A DNA stretch of 39,630 nucleotides from Candidatus Saccharimonadales bacterium (GTDB lineage: Bacteria > Patescibacteriota > Saccharimonadia > Saccharimonadales > DATKHC01): positions 1 to 39,630 of the forward strand of contig JBBQBA010000004.1 of the NCBI GenBank assembly GCA_038317055.1, in the 5' to 3' direction. Both the position numbers and the translations under genes were made by a program. The notes under the pieces were generated by a model. It searched no databases. It was not told where the DNA came from and was given only the letters and a program-made list of their open reading frames with translations. Position 1 is the first letter of the stretch; each line of letters opens with the position of its first letter. Shown here piece by piece: positions 36,841-39,630 of the stretch.

Positions 36841-37728
36841 ATGTCACTAATTCAGTTAAAGAATGTCAGCAAGCTTTATGGCTTTGGCGGGGCTACTACA
36901 ATAGCCCTTGATGAAGTTAATTTCAGCGTCGATTCGGGTGAATTTGTTGCAATTATGGGACCAAGTGGTTCAGGTAAATCTACGCTACTTCATATAGTTG
37001 GATTGCTTGACCGGCCTACAAATGGAATCTATAGACTCAACTCTAAATCGGTGGAGAAATTGCGTCAAAATCAGAGAACTAAAGCTAGACGTGTTCAAAT
37101 TGGCTTTGTATTTCAAAACTTTAACCTAATCCCAAACCTTACTGTAATAGAAAATGTAGCTCTACCACTAGTCTATAAAGGAACTCTTCGAGGTCGTAGA
37201 TTAAAACGGGCTGCTAGTGTGCTCGAAAGAGTTGGACTGTCTCCGAGAGAATATTTTCTACCAAAACATTTAAGTGGCGGCGAAGCACAAAGAGTTGCAA
37301 TAGCCAGAGCACTTATTAATAACCCAAGTATTATTATCGCTGATGAACCAACTGGAAATCTTGATAGTGCTGCTAGTAGGCTGGTAATGGAGTTACTTCG
37401 TGAATTACACACATCTGGTACTACTATTCTGTTAGTGACACATAATCCTGAATTAACCCGATATGCTAGCAGAGTAGTTTTTATGCATGATGGCAGTATT
37501 GTTTCAGATGAGGAATCTTCATTTGGTTCAGTTCCTCGGTCTGCGCAAGGACTTTATTTCTTGCCACCATATAAAGTTGAAGATGATTTACAGGGAGTTT
37601 CTGAACTAATGAAAGCAGTTCCTGATAAAACTATTAATCCTAAAAGTAAAAAAGTTGCTAAAAAACCAAAACCTAAGTCAAAAAAATATAGAGTAAATGA
37701 GCGTAAGACTAAGAGAAAGAAAACATAA
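36841..37728 (+). CDS. MacB/LolD-family ABC ATPase with Lys-rich tail
   Basis: GPSGSGKST, LSGGEAQRVAIARAL, ADEPTGNLD, VTHN. Confidence 0.95.
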   Translation: MSLIQLKNVSKLYGFGGATTIALDEVNFSVDSGEFVAIMGPSGSGKSTLLHIVGLLDRPTNGIYRLNSKSVEKLRQNQRTKARRVQIGFVFQNFNLIPNLTVIENVALPLVYKGTLRGRRLKRAASVLERVGLSPREYFLPKHLSGGEAQRVAIARALINNPSIIIADEPTGNLDSAASRLVMELLRELHTSGTTILLVTHNPELTRYASRVVFMHDGSIVSDEESSFGSVPRSAQGLYFLPPYKVEDDLQGVSELMKAVPDKTINPKSKKVAKKPKPKSKKYRVNERKTKRKKT

Positions 37729-38957
37729 TGTTTAGTACTAATCTCAAACTTGCCCTACAATCCCTACGATCATCTAAATGGCGTACTTTTCTTACAATGG
37801 TCGGAGTTATTATTGGAGTTTTTAGTGTAACCGTCACGGTTAGTATTGGAATTGGAATTAGACAGCAAATAACAAATCAGATAAAAACTCTTGGACCAGA
37901 TCTTATTACAGTTCTACCGGGACAATCTCCGACTGTTAATGCATCAAATATTTTGAGACGAGTTAATGTGCTACCCAGTATTGGATCTGGATCATTTAGC
38001 CAAAAAGATCTTGCAGTAGTTGGTGCTACGAAGCATGTAAGACTAGCTGTTCCGATGACATCAATAAGTGGATCAGTAAACGTAAACAATACTAATTACA
38101 CTAACCAACAAGTTATTGCGACAACACAGGGCTTCCCGTCAGTTGTTAATCAGGGAATTCAATACGGTCAATTCTTTAATTCTGATGACCCATTCTTTAA
38201 TAATGAAGCTGTAATCGGTCAAAATGTTGCCTATTCACTATTCAAAGAACAATATCCAATTGGTCAAACTTTTATGATTAACGGTCAGCAGTTTAGGGTA
38301 ATTGGAATATTAAGTCAGTTTACCTCTAGTCCACTTACTCCAGTTTCAGACTACAACAATACGATATTTATTCCATTTAGTGTAGGTGCCGCAATGAGTG
38401 GCAACCAACCACAAATCTATGAGATTTTTGTAAAGCCAGACAGTATTTCGTATACAAACCTAGCAGCGTCTAATATACACACTACCTTGTCTAAGCAATA
38501 TGGCAGTCAAAACAACTTTACAATTCTTGAGCAAAAACAGATTTTAAAAATAGCTAACAATACTTTGAATGTACTTACAGCGCTTATCGCATCTGTTGCT
38601 GCTATTTCCCTGTTTGTTGGAGGCGTAGGAATTATGAATATCATGCTAGTTGCAGTAATTGAACGCACTCGGGAGATTGGAATTAGAAAAGCGATTGGAG
38701 CGACTAATAAGCAGATATTGAGTCAATTTATGATTGAAGCTGGCATAATTGGATTTATTGGTGGAGTAATAGGTGTAATATTATCTATACTTGCCGACCT
38801 GGTCATAAGCTACTTTACTAGCTTGCGTCCTGCTATTAATTGGCAGATCATCGTAATATCAATCTCAGCAGCACTTTTTGCAGGATTAATATTTGGAACA
38901 ATGCCTGCTCTAAGAGCTTCAAGGAGAGATCCAATTGACTCACTAAGACACGAATAG
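37728..38957 (+). CDS. MacB/FtsX-family ABC permease
   Basis: RTFLTMVGVIIGV, VGGVGIMNIML..V.ERTREIGIRKAIGA, PA.RAS..DPI..LR.E. Confidence 0.95.
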   Translation: MFSTNLKLALQSLRSSKWRTFLTMVGVIIGVFSVTVTVSIGIGIRQQITNQIKTLGPDLITVLPGQSPTVNASNILRRVNVLPSIGSGSFSQKDLAVVGATKHVRLAVPMTSISGSVNVNNTNYTNQQVIATTQGFPSVVNQGIQYGQFFNSDDPFFNNEAVIGQNVAYSLFKEQYPIGQTFMINGQQFRVIGILSQFTSSPLTPVSDYNNTIFIPFSVGAAMSGNQPQIYEIFVKPDSISYTNLAASNIHTTLSKQYGSQNNFTILEQKQILKIANNTLNVLTALIASVAAISLFVGGVGIMNIMLVAVIERTREIGIRKAIGATNKQILSQFMIEAGIIGFIGGVIGVILSILADLVISYFTSLRPAINWQIIVISISAALFAGLIFGTMPALRASRRDPIDSLRHE

Positions 38958-39021
38958 TAGCAATTACCTGTTAAATTGTTTACAGTTAAGTCTGAAACAG
39001 GTAGAATATGCCAGTAAATAT

Positions 39022-39096
39022 TCCGGAGTAGCTCAATGGTGGAGCAAGAAGCTGTTAACTTCGAGGTTGCCGGTTCGAGTCCGGCCTCCGGAGCCA
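39022..39096 (+). tRNA. tRNA-Asn (GTT)
   Basis: TCCGGAG/CTCCGGA acceptor stem, GAAG-CTGTTAA-CTTC, GCCGG-TTCGAGT-CCGGC, GCCA end. Confidence 0.93.
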
Positions 39097-39148
39097 TAAG
39101 CAATTTAATCAAAGAGGCTAGAAAGCTTCTTTTTGTTATTATTAGGGG

Positions 39149-39574
39149 ATGATTGAAAAGTGGCACGACAAGTTAGGTATGGTTAAGTATGATAAAGCTT
39201 GGCATGAAAATGACTTAAAAGACGAGCTAAATGAGTACAATGATGAAAGTCATTTATTAAAAAAATGGAGTGAGCTAAGCGATGTTGTGTACACGTGTAC
39301 ACGAGGACGTTGGAGCGGATACAATATCCCTTTCCCGTTTAATAAATGGCAGTTTTATCTAGGGGCATTATATATGTTTCCGAAGTATACTGGACGATGG
39401 TTATTTTTTCGTTCAGCAGGTAGAAAAGCTGGTAGTAAAAAAGATATCCATGAAGTTAGAAATCCCAAAAAAATTTACAAATTACACACAATAGCTGAAC
39501 GAAATAATTTGGATAAAGTTAAATTTCAAAAAATTTGTGAAAACCAATTAAAACACTGGTTTCTTTTACCATAG
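39149..39574 (+). CDS. Hypothetical protein, possible all-alpha NTP-PPase (MazG-like) acidic motif
   Basis: DLKDELNEY..SELSDVVY; basic C-terminal half. Confidence 0.65.
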   Translation: MIEKWHDKLGMVKYDKAWHENDLKDELNEYNDESHLLKKWSELSDVVYTCTRGRWSGYNIPFPFNKWQFYLGALYMFPKYTGRWLFFRSAGRKAGSKKDIHEVRNPKKIYKLHTIAERNNLDKVKFQKICENQLKHWFLLP

Positions 39575-39630
39575 CAAATTTCAATATCTGATTATAATAT
39601 TTAGTTCTCAACTTGACCGCTAGGGGGAGC

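Noticed and set aside
935-38089. Other short antisense or nested track ORFs (e.g. 935-, 2101-, 7091+, 7797+, 8289+, 9532+, 20555+, 30221+, 37173-)
   Set aside because: They overlap well-supported genes on the other strand or frame and have no recognisable motifs
38810-39166. 118-aa minus-strand ORF
   Set aside because: Antisense shadow of tRNA-Asn and the permease 3' end

Overview
AT-rich bacterial chromosome segment, very probably Patescibacteria (CPR), Saccharibacteria/TM7. This rests on the gene set (sigma4-HARE-HTH gene beside topA, stand-alone VirD4-like ATPase, CPR-type sortase, PEGA, DUF3048 and DUF4367 proteins, TM7-style pilin head) and on TGA being used as stop. The window holds a reduced dcw cluster (rsmH, ftsL-like, mraY, ftsW, murG, ftsQ-like; no ftsI, ftsA or ftsZ here), topA, pth, der, gltX, xth, two ABC systems, a PAS kinase/receiver pair and four tRNAs (Glu-CTC, Leu-CAA, Ser-GGA, Asn-GTT). 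Best leads: (1) a tandem array after tRNA-Glu in which each surface-protein gene ends in a 55-bp repeat terminating in a copy of the tRNA 3' end, spaced 997 and 995 bp, with one gene a TM2-pilin fusion; (2) a promoter-to-terminator structured ncRNA candidate of about 360 nt at 12167-12525; (3) a GC-rich secreted toxin/immunity-like pair with heavily structured UTRs, lying where ftsA-ftsZ would be expected; (4) a leader peptide with a switchable RNA structure between rsmH and ftsL. No CRISPR array, integrase, transposase or rRNA was seen. All family calls come from motif recognition, not database searches.
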